59,986 bases of DNA from Fibrobacterota bacterium (GCA_039798065.1 JBDKGS010000002.1:1-59986), one strand, 5' to 3'. Positions 48,638 to 57,965 are shown, counted from the first letter of the stretch. Program-made: numbers and translations. Notes: a model not told the origin generated them from the sequence alone.

Positions 48638-50392
48638 TCACTCCCTGGGATCCCAGTCCTCGCGTTCGGGGAAGATGTTCATGTGGGAGAGCTGGTCGCC
48701 AAGCCGGGTTCCGATGATCGCAGCGGAGATCAATCCACGCAGCGAGTCCAGCAGCATACCGCGGCGCGAAACCAGTTCCAGGAAGGCGAATCCCAGCTGG
48801 GTCTCGCCGAAGAAAAGCGGTTCCACCACGAATGCGCAGCGAAAGGGGCGGTCGTGGACGATCCGCCGCACGATGTCCTGCTTGGACAGATTCCGGTCGT
48901 TGTCGCCGGGGGGGCGCCGGGTGTTGGCGTGGATGGACAGATGCAGCCGGTGGGTGTCGGCCACCGCCTCTTCGCCGCGCAGGACCAGGTGCAAGCTGGT
49001 GATCTTGAGCGTGGTGGCCTCGCGGGCCAGCACCTCCACCACCTGTTCGACTTCGGAACAAGCCGAGAGCAGAAGTCCGGTGGTGTGGACCTCGCGGGCC
49101 CATTGCTGGGTCTGCAGACCTTGCAGGCCCATCTGTTGCAGGGCACGTTCGTGCGAAAGAATGCGCAACTGGTGGATCAACCCCTCGAAGGCGGTCGAGA
49201 GGGAGGGGTCTTCGGGAAGGAAAGGCAACGAGGCCGTGCGCAGGTTGGACAACAGAATCTGCCAGCGATCGAAACTGTCGGTCGGGGTTTTTGCGACGTC
49301 GAGAAGATACTGGAAGCGCAGTCGCGTGGCGGTGTCCTCGCCTGCTTGGCAATCCGACCAGATCGCGTCCACCAGGTCCTTGAGAAACGGGGAGAAGCGC
49401 TGCGAGGGTAGCGTCGATTCGCACTCGATCTGGGTGGCCTGGAGGTGTTCGCGTCCCCCGAAAGCCCCTTTGCTACCCTGCCAATTTCTGCCATGATGGA
49501 TGCTGCGTCTTGCCGCGGCCATCGAGTCGCTGGTGCATCCGCACGAACCGCGGTAGACCGGTACGCTCGAAACCCGCGTCGTTGCCGCGACGGCATGGCC
49601 GTCGATGCGAGCCAAGGCCAGCTGGATGGCGTTGACGCCTTGTTCGTACACGGGCTGGTGGATGGTGGTGAGGGCGGGCGGAACCCACAAACCATCCTCG
49701 ATGTTGTCGAATCCTGTCACGACCACATCATCGGGGATCCGTTTGCCTCGCTCGCGCAGAGCCTCCATGGCCCCCAGCGCCATGTTGTCGTTCGCCGCCA
49801 CCAGCGTGTCGAAGGGGGTGCCCGCGTCGAGAAGCTTCTTGGTGGCCTCGCGCGCCAGCCCGAAATCGAACCGGGCCTCGGCCTCGAGTTGGGGGGAAAG
49901 CGCCAGTCCGTGTCGGGACAAGGTTTCGACCAGCGCCTCGCGGCGCTCCGTGGAATCGGGGTTGGAGGCGGTGCCGCCCAGGAAGGCGAAGCGCGTGCGA
50001 CCGTGCTCCACCACAAGGTGCTCGACAAGATCTGTCATGCCCGAGCGGTTGTCGACCAACAGCGACGGGTGTTTGGGGTGTGTGAAGCCGACAGTGAGGA
50101 TGGGTGTGGGCGCGAACCGGTCCAGGAACGCGGTGATGCGCTCCAGGTCCGAGATGTCGTTGAAGATCGACGACAGCACGATCAACGCGTCGAATTCCGA
50201 CAGGTCGATCAGCTCGAAGCAGGAGTTGCGCATGCGTTTGTTCTGGTCGGCGGAGTCGATTGCCCCGCCGTTGAAGCTCACGAGGTCGCAGTCTTCCTCG
50301 GTGGCCGCCGCCTTCATTCCCGACCAGAAAGAGTATTGGTAGGTGCCGACCAGATCGTTGGTCAACAATCCGATCAAAGGACGCTTTTCCAT
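48638..50392 (-). CDS. LacI-type periplasmic-binding-fold (sugar-binding) domain protein without an HTH, plus a ~270-aa C-terminal domain of unknown function
   Basis: 584 aa from 'MEKRPLIGLLTNDL'. 'AFLGG...ERREA', 'AANDNMALGAMEAL' and 'IPDDVVVTGFDN' match the LacI/PBP core, but no N-terminal DNA-binding HTH is present. Confidence 0.7.
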   Translation of the reverse strand: MEKRPLIGLLTNDLVGTYQYSFWSGMKAAATEEDCDLVSFNGGAIDSADQNKRMRNSCFELIDLSEFDALIVLSSIFNDISDLERITAFLDRFAPTPILTVGFTHPKHPSLLVDNRSGMTDLVEHLVVEHGRTRFAFLGGTASNPDSTERREALVETLSRHGLALSPQLEAEARFDFGLAREATKKLLDAGTPFDTLVAANDNMALGAMEALRERGKRIPDDVVVTGFDNIEDGLWVPPALTTIHQPVYEQGVNAIQLALARIDGHAVAATTRVSSVPVYRGSCGCTSDSMAAARRSIHHGRNWQGSKGAFGGREHLQATQIECESTLPSQRFSPFLKDLVDAIWSDCQAGEDTATRLRFQYLLDVAKTPTDSFDRWQILLSNLRTASLPFLPEDPSLSTAFEGLIHQLRILSHERALQQMGLQGLQTQQWAREVHTTGLLLSACSEVEQVVEVLAREATTLKITSLHLVLRGEEAVADTHRLHLSIHANTRRPPGDNDRNLSKQDIVRRIVHDRPFRCAFVVEPLFFGETQLGFAFLELVSRRGMLLDSLRGLISAAIIGTRLGDQLSHMNIFPEREDWDPRE

Positions 50393-50490
50393 GCGGTCCA
50401 GCTTATCATCAAGCGGGAAACCAGTCCAGGATTTCCGGTTCCTGTCGCCAGGAGATCCGATCGGTCGATCGGATCCGGCCATCGGGCGAT

Positions 50491-51237
50491 TCAGGAACCC
50501 ATCGACTCCAATTTACGGCGCAAACTGGCGATGTCCTCGAGATTCTTGCGGTCGCCAGGCGCCGATCGCCCAAGCCCGTTGGCTCGACGACAGACGGCCA
50601 GCGCTTGGGTCCGGAGTTTGGCGCGCTCCAGGTTGCGGGCCAATTCCAACAGCAACAAGGGGTCGTCGGGGCGCAAGGTCAGGGCCCTTCCCAAATACGC
50701 ACGCGCCGAGTCGTCCGATGCCCCTTTGGGCAATCCACCCAGCAACAGGTTCGCGAAGCCTCGTTCGGCAAGGTTCAGGGAGGACAGGCCTTCGTGCCAC
50801 TTGGCGAGAAGGTACCAGCCACCTGGCAGGGACGGGTCGAGGGTCAACGCGCGCCCCACCCGTTCACGCAGAATCTTGGAAAGCTCCACGCGCCGCTTGG
50901 CGTTTGAAATGGTGCTCTCAACGCCCAAAGCGAGTGCCGAGGCGAACCAAGCCCCGCCTGACCTCGGGAATTTGATGATGGCCTGATCGGACAGATTCCG
51001 ACCCAGCCTCCAAAGTGCGGTCCGTTTGGCGAGGAGAGGTTCGCGATTGGCTTCTGCCAGCCGGACATAAGCGAGTTTCCACAGAGCCTCGGAACAATCG
51101 GGCTCGTCGCGGACGGTGCGTTCCAGGATGCGCACGGCACTGGAATCGTCGCCGGCATCGTAGTGGCGCTCGGCGGTCGCCGGAGAATCCGCGCAACCGG
51201 CAAAAAATGTCCAGACGGTCAGGAGCATGTGGATCAT
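50491..51237 (-). CDS. TPR-like lipoprotein
   Basis: 248 aa with lipobox 'TFFAGC'. The rest is helical-repeat sequence ('ALWKLAYVRLAEA', 'YLLAKWHEGL', 'AYLGRALTLRPDDP'). Confidence 0.6.
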   Translation of the reverse strand: MIHMLLTVWTFFAGCADSPATAERHYDAGDDSSAVRILERTVRDEPDCSEALWKLAYVRLAEANREPLLAKRTALWRLGRNLSDQAIIKFPRSGGAWFASALALGVESTISNAKRRVELSKILRERVGRALTLDPSLPGGWYLLAKWHEGLSSLNLAERGFANLLLGGLPKGASDDSARAYLGRALTLRPDDPLLLLELARNLERAKLRTQALAVCRRANGLGRSAPGDRKNLEDIASLRRKLESMGS

Positions 51238-51363
51238 GCGCAGCCAGAATAGGTGTGCGGCGTTAGATCCGCGTTTCGCGGAAGTTGCGGGCGTGTTTGG
51301 AGGAGCAATCCAACCCTCCAGCTAGATTTGCCTCGTCGTCGCTTTTCTCGAAGGAGCCCTCTC

Positions 51364-52566
51364 GTGGAACTCGGAACCCCTTTGTCGTCCGCCGCCGTGC
51401 GCGTCCTGCTTCTCGGTTCCGGCGAGCTGGGCAAGGAAGTCATCATCGCGTTGCAGCGCCTGGGCTGCGAGACCATCGCCGCCGACCGCTACGAGAACGC
51501 TCCGGGCCACCAGGTGGCGCACCGCTCCCATGTCCTGGATATGACAGATCCTGTCGCCATCCGCAAGCTGGTGGAGCTGGAGCGCCCGCATCTGATCGTG
51601 CCGGAAATCGAAGCCATCGCGACCGACGAGCTGGTGCGCATCGAGGCCGACGGAATCTGTCAGGTAGTCCCCACCGCCCGCGCAGCGCAGCTCACCATGA
51701 ACCGCGAAGGCATCCGCCGCCTGGCCGCCGAGACGCTTGGGTTGGCGACCTCGCCGTACAAGTTCGCGAGCAGCTTGGATGAATTGCGCGCGGCGGTGGA
51801 TGGGGGAATCGGGTATCCCTGCGTGATCAAGCCGACGATGTCGAGTTCCGGAAAAGGACAGTCGGTGGTGCGATCGGCCGATGCCCTGGCCGCTGCGTGG
51901 GACTACGCCGCCAAAGGTGGTCGCGTGGACAGCGGACGGGTGATCGTCGAAGGGTTCGTGGATTTCGAGTACGAGATCACCATGCTCACGGTCCGGGCAA
52001 AATCTGTCGATGGCTCGGTGGAGACGCATTTCTGCGAACCCGTGGGGCACGTGCAGGTGAACGGCGACTACGTGGAGAGCTGGCAGCCGCAGCCCATGAG
52101 CGCCTTGGCCCTGGAACGCACCAAGGAGATCGCGCACAAGGTCACCGAAGCCTTGGGAGGCCGTGGACTGTTCGGCGTGGAGTTGTTCGTGAAAGGCGAC
52201 ATGGTGTGGTTCTCGGAAGTGAGCCCTCGTCCGCACGACACCGGGCTCGTCACGCTGGGCACGCAGCGCTTGTCGGAATTCGAGCTGCACGCCCGCGCCA
52301 TTTTGGGATTGCCGGTCGACACGTCCTTGCGTCGCCCCGGTGCCAGCGCCGTGATCTACGGTGGCATGGATGCGAAGGCGGTGACGTTTTCTGGCGTGGC
52401 CGATGCGTTGGCGGTGCCGGAAACCGACATCCGTTTGTTCGGCAAGCCCGAAGCGTTCCCCAAGCGCCGCATGGGCGTGGTGGTGGCCACGGCAGATTCT
52501 GTCGAACAGGCTCGCGAGCGGGGGAAGAGCGCGGCGGGGAAGGTGAAGCCGGTCGCGAAAACCTGA
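51364..52566 (+). CDS. purT: Formate-dependent GAR transformylase PurT
   Basis: '[24 protein letters not shown]' aligns with the E. coli PurT N-terminus, and the ATP-grasp core follows. A GTG start at 51364 sits 7 nt after AAGGAG. The ORF opens at 51253. Confidence 0.9.
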   Translation: MELGTPLSSAAVRVLLLGSGELGKEVIIALQRLGCETIAADRYENAPGHQVAHRSHVLDMTDPVAIRKLVELERPHLIVPEIEAIATDELVRIEADGICQVVPTARAAQLTMNREGIRRLAAETLGLATSPYKFASSLDELRAAVDGGIGYPCVIKPTMSSSGKGQSVVRSADALAAAWDYAAKGGRVDSGRVIVEGFVDFEYEITMLTVRAKSVDGSVETHFCEPVGHVQVNGDYVESWQPQPMSALALERTKEIAHKVTEALGGRGLFGVELFVKGDMVWFSEVSPRPHDTGLVTLGTQRLSEFELHARAILGLPVDTSLRRPGASAVIYGGMDAKAVTFSGVADALAVPETDIRLFGKPEAFPKRRMGVVVATADSVEQARERGKSAAGKVKPVAKT

Positions 52567-52570
52567 CCTT

Positions 52571-53662
52571 TCACCTGGAAGGGATTAGTCCGTAGCTCGA
52601 TGGGTTGTCGAAACGCCTGAATAACTTCAGGTAAGCTCGTCCTAACTCGGTCAACGAGGCATTTTCGGCAGGGGAATCGTATAGGCCCGTCACGGTGGGA
52701 TCCATCGCGGTCGTTATTCCTAACGCCTTCAAATAGGCGGATGTGCCGGTGAGCTTGTCGTCGGTACCGGATTGCTTGTACCAGAACCACCTTCGTATCT
52801 CGGGTTGGGTGGCGAAGTATTCGACCATGCGGTTCATCGAGTTGATCTTGTCCGAGGTCGTTGCCTCGTTGTTCATGATCCCAAATTCGTCGATCCAAAC
52901 TTTCGTAGGTGGGAAACCAGCCGATTTCGCGGTCTTGATGAAGTTTGCGTAGGCGGAAATCGGATCGGTTTTCCAGGAGCCCAGTGCGGCGGCAACGAGG
53001 TCGTTGGCGATCCCGGCGCCTTTGATCTGGAGGATCTTCAAGTTGGCATCGTAGACGTGGACGTTGAACGCGTCGATCTTGCCTCCCAATGCGGACAGCT
53101 TGGAAAGGAATTCCGAGGTCCACGTGTCGTAATTCTTGAGATTCAATCCATAGGCCTTGAGCAAGAGCGATGCGAGAGTGCTGTTTGCTGGTTGAAGTCG
53201 AACCAAGAGGATCGCTCCGTTGTGGACTACGCATTCACCGCAATTGAGCTGGCCTGCCGAAGCTCCTTTGATGTAGTCGTAGTACATCTTGTAGGCCTGG
53301 GCATAATCGGATGGTGAAAGGTACGGGTAGGCGTTCGGTTCGTTTCCGATCGCGAAATGGATTTCCCGCTCCCCCGCGGTCTTTGCCGCGTTGATGAGAG
53401 TTTTGATCGCTCCCTTCTCTGCATCGAAAACGGATTTGTATTGCGCCAGATCGGCTTGGAGTGTGCCGTTCCAGGGAACGAGCGGATTGGCGTCGAGCTT
53501 TCCGACGGTCCAAAATTTGTTCTTCCCCACCGCTTGGGGGTAGGAATAGTCGCCGTTGTACTGCCGGTACCAAGGAAAATCGGGTGATAGTCCGTCGGTG
53601 CCGAACCTCGAGTCGGGGTGGAGAGCGGCGATCGCGGATGCGAGGAAGGCGAAAGCGAACAT
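52571..53662 (-). CDS. Secreted clan GH-A glycoside hydrolase-like protein
   Basis: 363 aa with a signal peptide. 'FAIGNEPN' (acid/base Glu) and 'VWIDEFG' (nucleophile Glu) have the spacing typical of (beta/alpha)8 GH-A enzymes. Confidence 0.65.
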   Translation of the reverse strand: MFAFAFLASAIAALHPDSRFGTDGLSPDFPWYRQYNGDYSYPQAVGKNKFWTVGKLDANPLVPWNGTLQADLAQYKSVFDAEKGAIKTLINAAKTAGEREIHFAIGNEPNAYPYLSPSDYAQAYKMYYDYIKGASAGQLNCGECVVHNGAILLVRLQPANSTLASLLLKAYGLNLKNYDTWTSEFLSKLSALGGKIDAFNVHVYDANLKILQIKGAGIANDLVAAALGSWKTDPISAYANFIKTAKSAGFPPTKVWIDEFGIMNNEATTSDKINSMNRMVEYFATQPEIRRWFWYKQSGTDDKLTGTSAYLKALGITTAMDPTVTGLYDSPAENASLTELGRAYLKLFRRFDNPSSYGLIPSR

Positions 53663-54135
53663 GGGGGAAGTCCGGGCCAGGGGTTGGGGACAGAACGAGG
53701 GAGTTTACAGACGGCCGGGGGCGGCGCATCCATGCATGTCAAAATACGGCAATACGACAGGAAATGTCAAGATGATTCGATCCTGTTTCAGAGGCGACAA
53801 ATTTTGACTTGAAGTCTTGAAATTCGTTCTGACCCGTCGTAGACTTCGAATCCAACTCTCCAGGACGACAAGGCAATGCGATGTGCACTGCCAGTGCTTG
53901 GTGTTGTTTTCCCTCCACCTCACACCCGTTTCCCCCACCTCGATTCCCGAGCTAATCCGAAAAGCTGACTTTACAATCAGGTAATTGTCATTGTTTGCAA
54001 TATGAATCAGCGCCACATTCAATTGTGGCGCTTGCTTTGGTATGCCCTCAATGCAATCGATATCAATGGCGAATTGCTATTGATGTTTAAGTGGTTTTGC
54101 GTAATTGTTGGGCGAAAATTCATTGAATAAAAATG

Positions 54136-54163
54136 TTGACTTTTCCGTATTTCGCCATAAATT
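54136..54163 (+). promoter_or_regulatory. Candidate sigma70-type promoter
   Basis: TTGACT (54136-54141), a 16-nt spacer, then TAAATT (54158-54163), about 85 nt upstream of the 54246 start. This rests on sequence resemblance only. Confidence 0.3.
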
Positions 54164-54245
54164 AATCATCAATCTTCGCAGCCAGCAATGAATTCGAAAC
54201 CAAGATTTGGTTGCGGAGTTAAACCACGCATAATCGGAGTATAAA

Positions 54246-54662
54246 ATGAAGAACTCTTTCATGAAAATCGCTGCATTGACCATTGTTGCTGCTGGAATGG
54301 CGTCGGCCACTTGCGCTGATGGAAATGTCTGGCAAGTTCTTAACACTCGTGTTGGGTCTATCGGTGTAAATCAAAACGCCAACGTGAACATTACTCCAGT
54401 TGCGGCGCCTGGGCAAACTGCTCAAATTCAAAATGTCAACACAAGTCCTTGGGGACCTCTTACCGCTTGGACCCCGAAGCAACTCTGGGTTTCTTCTGGT
54501 GCAACGTCCTATGGTGGAACTTCGAATGTTGGCCGAGTTGGACAGCAGTCCTTGCTTCAGCAGGCATTCCAATTGGGAAGTAACCTGACGAGCATTACGT
54601 TTTGCAATTGGAAAGAAGTTCCAGGAAGTTTTGAAATCATCAATGTGACGGTCGGAAACTGA
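54246..54662 (+). CDS. Small secreted protein (138 aa, 2 Cys after the signal peptide)
   Basis: GGAG RBS and signal peptide 'KIAALTIVAAGMASA'. The mature part is Asn/Gln/Thr-rich. Confidence 0.65.
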   Translation: MKNSFMKIAALTIVAAGMASATCADGNVWQVLNTRVGSIGVNQNANVNITPVAAPGQTAQIQNVNTSPWGPLTAWTPKQLWVSSGATSYGGTSNVGRVGQQSLLQQAFQLGSNLTSITFCNWKEVPGSFEIINVTVGN

Positions 54663-54676
54663 AACTTTGATTTCTG

Positions 54677-54720
54677 TTGATCGCCTTTAAAACCATAAAG
54701 GCGATCAATCCATTTCTTCT
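54677..54720 (+). terminator. Rho-independent terminator
   Basis: A 13-bp perfect stem TTGATCGCCTTTA / TAAAGGCGATCAA with a 6-nt loop, followed by TCCATTTCTTCTT. Confidence 0.75.
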
Positions 54721-54737
54721 TGGTGGAGGTGTTAGAG

Positions 54738-56489
54738 ATGAGAAAACATAAGGCGTTGCTTCTCCTGTTAGGTGCAGCGATGATGCTCCCGGCGCATCTC
54801 CATGCAGCTGGAGCAGGTTGTTCGGAAGATTACACGGGGTTTGGAGAATATACTGCACGATATACCAAAACGGGTCAGCAGTATACGAATACCTATACCG
54901 GGAACGCGATTCAATCATCGCCACGAGCCGATGGAATCCAGGGCTATACGACGTATTATCCCTATGGGACCAAAACAACGACTACGAATATTCGGTATAC
55001 GCGTTTCGTGTACGGCCTGAAAGTTACCTATACTGAAGTTTTGGGGGTTGAAGTTGCAACTGGTGCAAGTATGCGAGGGCGATACTGCTTGGAGGAGACC
55101 TCCTCTGCCGCACCCCCTGTCGCTGCTCCCAGTATGAAGCAATGTACTTCGTGCGGAGATGCGGCGTACGGGTGGCAGGTCATGATCGTCTCGTCGAGGA
55201 ACATCTCGACCGATCTGATGAAGGCACCGATCGTCGTTTCCCAGGGCTTCGATCCCGCCTTCACATCGGACAAAGAATTCTCTTTCACGGAATTCGAAAA
55301 TTCGTTCAAGGCAGTCTATCCTGCATCGGGTGCGAACAGCCCTAGCTTCCCCGCCAACAATGCACTTAAGCGGTTGGTAGGCGAAGGTTTCGATGTCGTC
55401 TTCGTAAAGTACAACAACCCTTCGCTGAATATTCGGACGCAAGGCAAGAATTTCCTCGAGGCGATGAATTGGGTTGCTAGCAAGTCGGTTCCGAATAGCT
55501 CCATGTACCTGGTCGGCCCAAGCATGGGTGGACAGGTCGTGCGTTCCGCCTTGATCGAGTACTACGACCAGAAGGCAGCGAACAATTTGGCGGTGGCCAA
55601 GACGCGCATCAACGGTGCGTTGTTGTTCGATTCGCCCAACCTAGGTGCCTCGATTCCATCGTCGGGTTTCTTCGCGATGCGCAAGCACAGCGATTTCGAT
55701 GCTACAGCGAAATACATGACGGAGAATATGAAGGCAACAGCTGCGCAACAGATGCTCTATCGCGCTGCGAGCGGTGACAGCTGGACGACGAATTCGACCG
55801 CAGCATCGTTCTATGCCGACTTGAATTCTCCCAACAACATTCGGAAGATGACTCAGGATGGCAAGATCGACATTGTTGCGATCTCGAACGGAAGCGCAGC
55901 GGGCGTTTCGCAGGGAATTCCTGTAAACACGACATACTTCTCAGGAAACGATCAGCTGTACCGTCAAGTGATCGATGTCCCGGTTCTTGGCAAGTTCACC
56001 CTCACCGGAACCATGTCCACAGCGATGACAACCGCCTCGGCTAGCTCCAACAGTCCGTTTACCTGGGGGTTAACGTTTGCCGGAATGCCTGCCAGCTATG
56101 ACAAAACTTACCAGACTGGAGATTCTTACCTGGAGAATTCTCCAGGAGGCTACCGAGGAACGTTTAAGCAGTTGACTGATGCATTGTCGTCAACCTATTC
56201 GAGAAATGTCACACTGAATACCTCGGTGGTCAACCACAGCTTCATCCCCACGATCAGCTCGCTCGGTCTGACTGCGCGCAGTCTGGGGAATAGCAGCGAC
56301 CTCAATCGTGCAGTGGTTGCGGTGGGCAACAAACCTCAGGAAAGCTCGATCTTCTCTCGGATCTATGCTCCTCAGGTGAATCAACCCCACGTCGCGTTGA
56401 CGTACGAAAACGCTGGCTGGATGCTCCAGGAAATCAAGTGGGCATTCGCCAAGAAACAGTATCTCGGATTCACTTCGGTTCTGAATTAA
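54738..56489 (+). CDS. Secreted alpha/beta-hydrolase (lipase/esterase-like)
   Basis: ATG behind GGAGGTG, signal peptide 'ALLLLLGAAMMLPAHLHA' and nucleophile elbow 'LVGPSMGGQV' (GxSxG). Confidence 0.65.
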   Translation: MRKHKALLLLLGAAMMLPAHLHAAGAGCSEDYTGFGEYTARYTKTGQQYTNTYTGNAIQSSPRADGIQGYTTYYPYGTKTTTTNIRYTRFVYGLKVTYTEVLGVEVATGASMRGRYCLEETSSAAPPVAAPSMKQCTSCGDAAYGWQVMIVSSRNISTDLMKAPIVVSQGFDPAFTSDKEFSFTEFENSFKAVYPASGANSPSFPANNALKRLVGEGFDVVFVKYNNPSLNIRTQGKNFLEAMNWVASKSVPNSSMYLVGPSMGGQVVRSALIEYYDQKAANNLAVAKTRINGALLFDSPNLGASIPSSGFFAMRKHSDFDATAKYMTENMKATAAQQMLYRAASGDSWTTNSTAASFYADLNSPNNIRKMTQDGKIDIVAISNGSAAGVSQGIPVNTTYFSGNDQLYRQVIDVPVLGKFTLTGTMSTAMTTASASSNSPFTWGLTFAGMPASYDKTYQTGDSYLENSPGGYRGTFKQLTDALSSTYSRNVTLNTSVVNHSFIPTISSLGLTARSLGNSSDLNRAVVAVGNKPQESSIFSRIYAPQVNQPHVALTYENAGWMLQEIKWAFAKKQYLGFTSVLN

Positions 56490-56505
56490 TCGAAGCTCTA
56501 TGAGT

Positions 56506-56542
56506 GCCGACCCGCCGTTCTCGGCGGGTTGGCCTTTTGTTT
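56506..56542 (+). terminator. Rho-independent terminator
   Basis: GCCGACCCGCCG-ttct-CGGCGGGTTGGC followed by CTTTTGTTT. Confidence 0.75.
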
Positions 56543-56573
56543 GAAAACCACTCTGGCAAAGGAGTTTTTGACG

Positions 56574-56921
56574 ATGTTCTCAAAGTTTGGAAAACACCTT
56601 GTATTCGGATTTCTGATCGTTACAGCAGGGAACGCATTTTCCGCCTGTTGGGAAACCAAGCGAGTAGTCAAATATTGGACAGGCAACTACAAGACGCATC
56701 GGTCTTCGTCCGAGCCTGCTTTTGTTGTCCAACTCGATGGGATTCAAAATTTCAGGTATATCGTCCTTGATGGAAGCGACCGATCGAATCAGCAAGCTGC
56801 CATCGTTGTGAACGCCTACAACAAGATGAAGCTCCTGTCTGTTTGCACCTCGGCCAACAAGAACTCCACGGCTTCAGATGCATGGAGTGAGGTTGATCTA
56901 ATCGGGGTTGGAGACTACTGA
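56574..56921 (+). CDS. Small secreted protein (115 aa, 2 Cys after the signal peptide)
   Basis: ATG 9 nt after AAGGAG, with signal peptide 'LVFGFLIVTAGNAFSA'. The longer ORF start at 56529 lies inside the upstream terminator and is rejected. Confidence 0.6.
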   Translation: MFSKFGKHLVFGFLIVTAGNAFSACWETKRVVKYWTGNYKTHRSSSEPAFVVQLDGIQNFRYIVLDGSDRSNQQAAIVVNAYNKMKLLSVCTSANKNSTASDAWSEVDLIGVGDY

Positions 56922-57826
56922 TGCTTACATCTGTCCTGGCAGCGATCGTCACTTGGATTGCCTCGGCGCCAGCAAAGGTTTTTTTGTTGTCGGGACAGTC
57001 GAATATGTCTGGGGCCGGATGGGTGTCGGAAGTCCAAGGCTGGAAGAACCCAGGACTAGTCCAATTTATGTCATCCGGAGAAGGCAATCCTATTCTGAAA
57101 GGACCAGAGATGCTTTCGCCTGGAAAGGCGAACGAAGTTGCCGAGAATTTCGGACCAGAAATCGGAATTGCGGAGAAACTCGCCGCTAGGTTTCCCTCGG
57201 ACGACATCGTGCTTGTCAAGCTCTCCTGGGGAGGCACCGCGTTGCAAGGTGCACCAACCGAACCGGTATGGCTCGATGGCGCCCTGTACACCGATTGGTT
57301 CATACCGCAGTTGACGACGGCCTTCCAAAGGCTTGGGGACAAAGCAAAGTTTCCCAATGGATTTGTGGTGTCCGGAATTTTTTGGATGCAAGGTGAATCG
57401 GATGCTTCATTCTTTGAGAAGTCAGGTTTCGGTAATTACTCGTCGGCATTGAAAAAATTCGTGCAGGATCGACTCCGGGTCGAGTTGGCAAGGATTCCCG
57501 GTACCGGTTCATATATCGAGGCGCCGTTCGTGTATTCCTTGATTCGACCACACTGGTTGTATGCGACCATGATTCAAAGAGAGCAGCGAATGGCGCAATA
57601 CAAGATTCCGGCATCGAAGTGCGTCACGGTTGGCAAGACTGCCGAGGTCTACGCGTTTACTGATCCAGTCAACGTCAATCTCGGCTACAACCTCAACCAT
57701 TACAATGCGAGAGGCATCCTAGAAGTTGGAAGGGGAATGGGTGAAGCGATGGTGAAGTTCCTCGATGGTGATCGAACCTATGGATGTCCAATGATTGCTG
57801 CGAATAAAGGGCTTTTCGTCGAATAG
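56921..57826 (+). CDS. Sialate O-acetylesterase-like carbohydrate esterase (SASA/DUF303 type)
   Basis: 301 aa with 'VFLLSGQSNMSG' (catalytic Ser block) and 'IFWMQGESD'. The start overlaps the preceding stop (TGATG). Confidence 0.7.
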   Translation: MLTSVLAAIVTWIASAPAKVFLLSGQSNMSGAGWVSEVQGWKNPGLVQFMSSGEGNPILKGPEMLSPGKANEVAENFGPEIGIAEKLAARFPSDDIVLVKLSWGGTALQGAPTEPVWLDGALYTDWFIPQLTTAFQRLGDKAKFPNGFVVSGIFWMQGESDASFFEKSGFGNYSSALKKFVQDRLRVELARIPGTGSYIEAPFVYSLIRPHWLYATMIQREQRMAQYKIPASKCVTVGKTAEVYAFTDPVNVNLGYNLNHYNARGILEVGRGMGEAMVKFLDGDRTYGCPMIAANKGLFVE

Positions 57827-57833
57827 GACGAGT

Positions 57834-57953
57834 AAGCCCGAAGTGTTCCCCAAGCGCCGCATGGGCGTGATCGTGGCTACGGCAGATTTTGTCGAACAGG
57901 CCAGCGTGCGCGCGAAGAGCGCGGGGAGGAAGGTGAGGCCGGACAGAATCTGA
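57834..57953 (+). pseudogene. Displaced relic copy of the purT 3' end
   Basis: Roughly 85% identical by eye to 52444-52566. It is still in frame ('[23 protein letters not shown]...') with its own TGA, but has no upstream purT body. Confidence 0.8.
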
Positions 57954-57965
57954 CAGACCGATTCG

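Larger units (their letters stand above)
52567..57833. mobile_element. Putative genomic island inserted at the purT 3' end (secreted hydrolase cargo; no recombinase seen)
   Basis: The island is bounded by ~120-bp direct copies of the purT 3' end (52444-52566 and 57834-57953). The interior is visibly AT-richer than the flanks; for example, the line starting at 54061 has about 37% GC. Confidence 0.55.
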
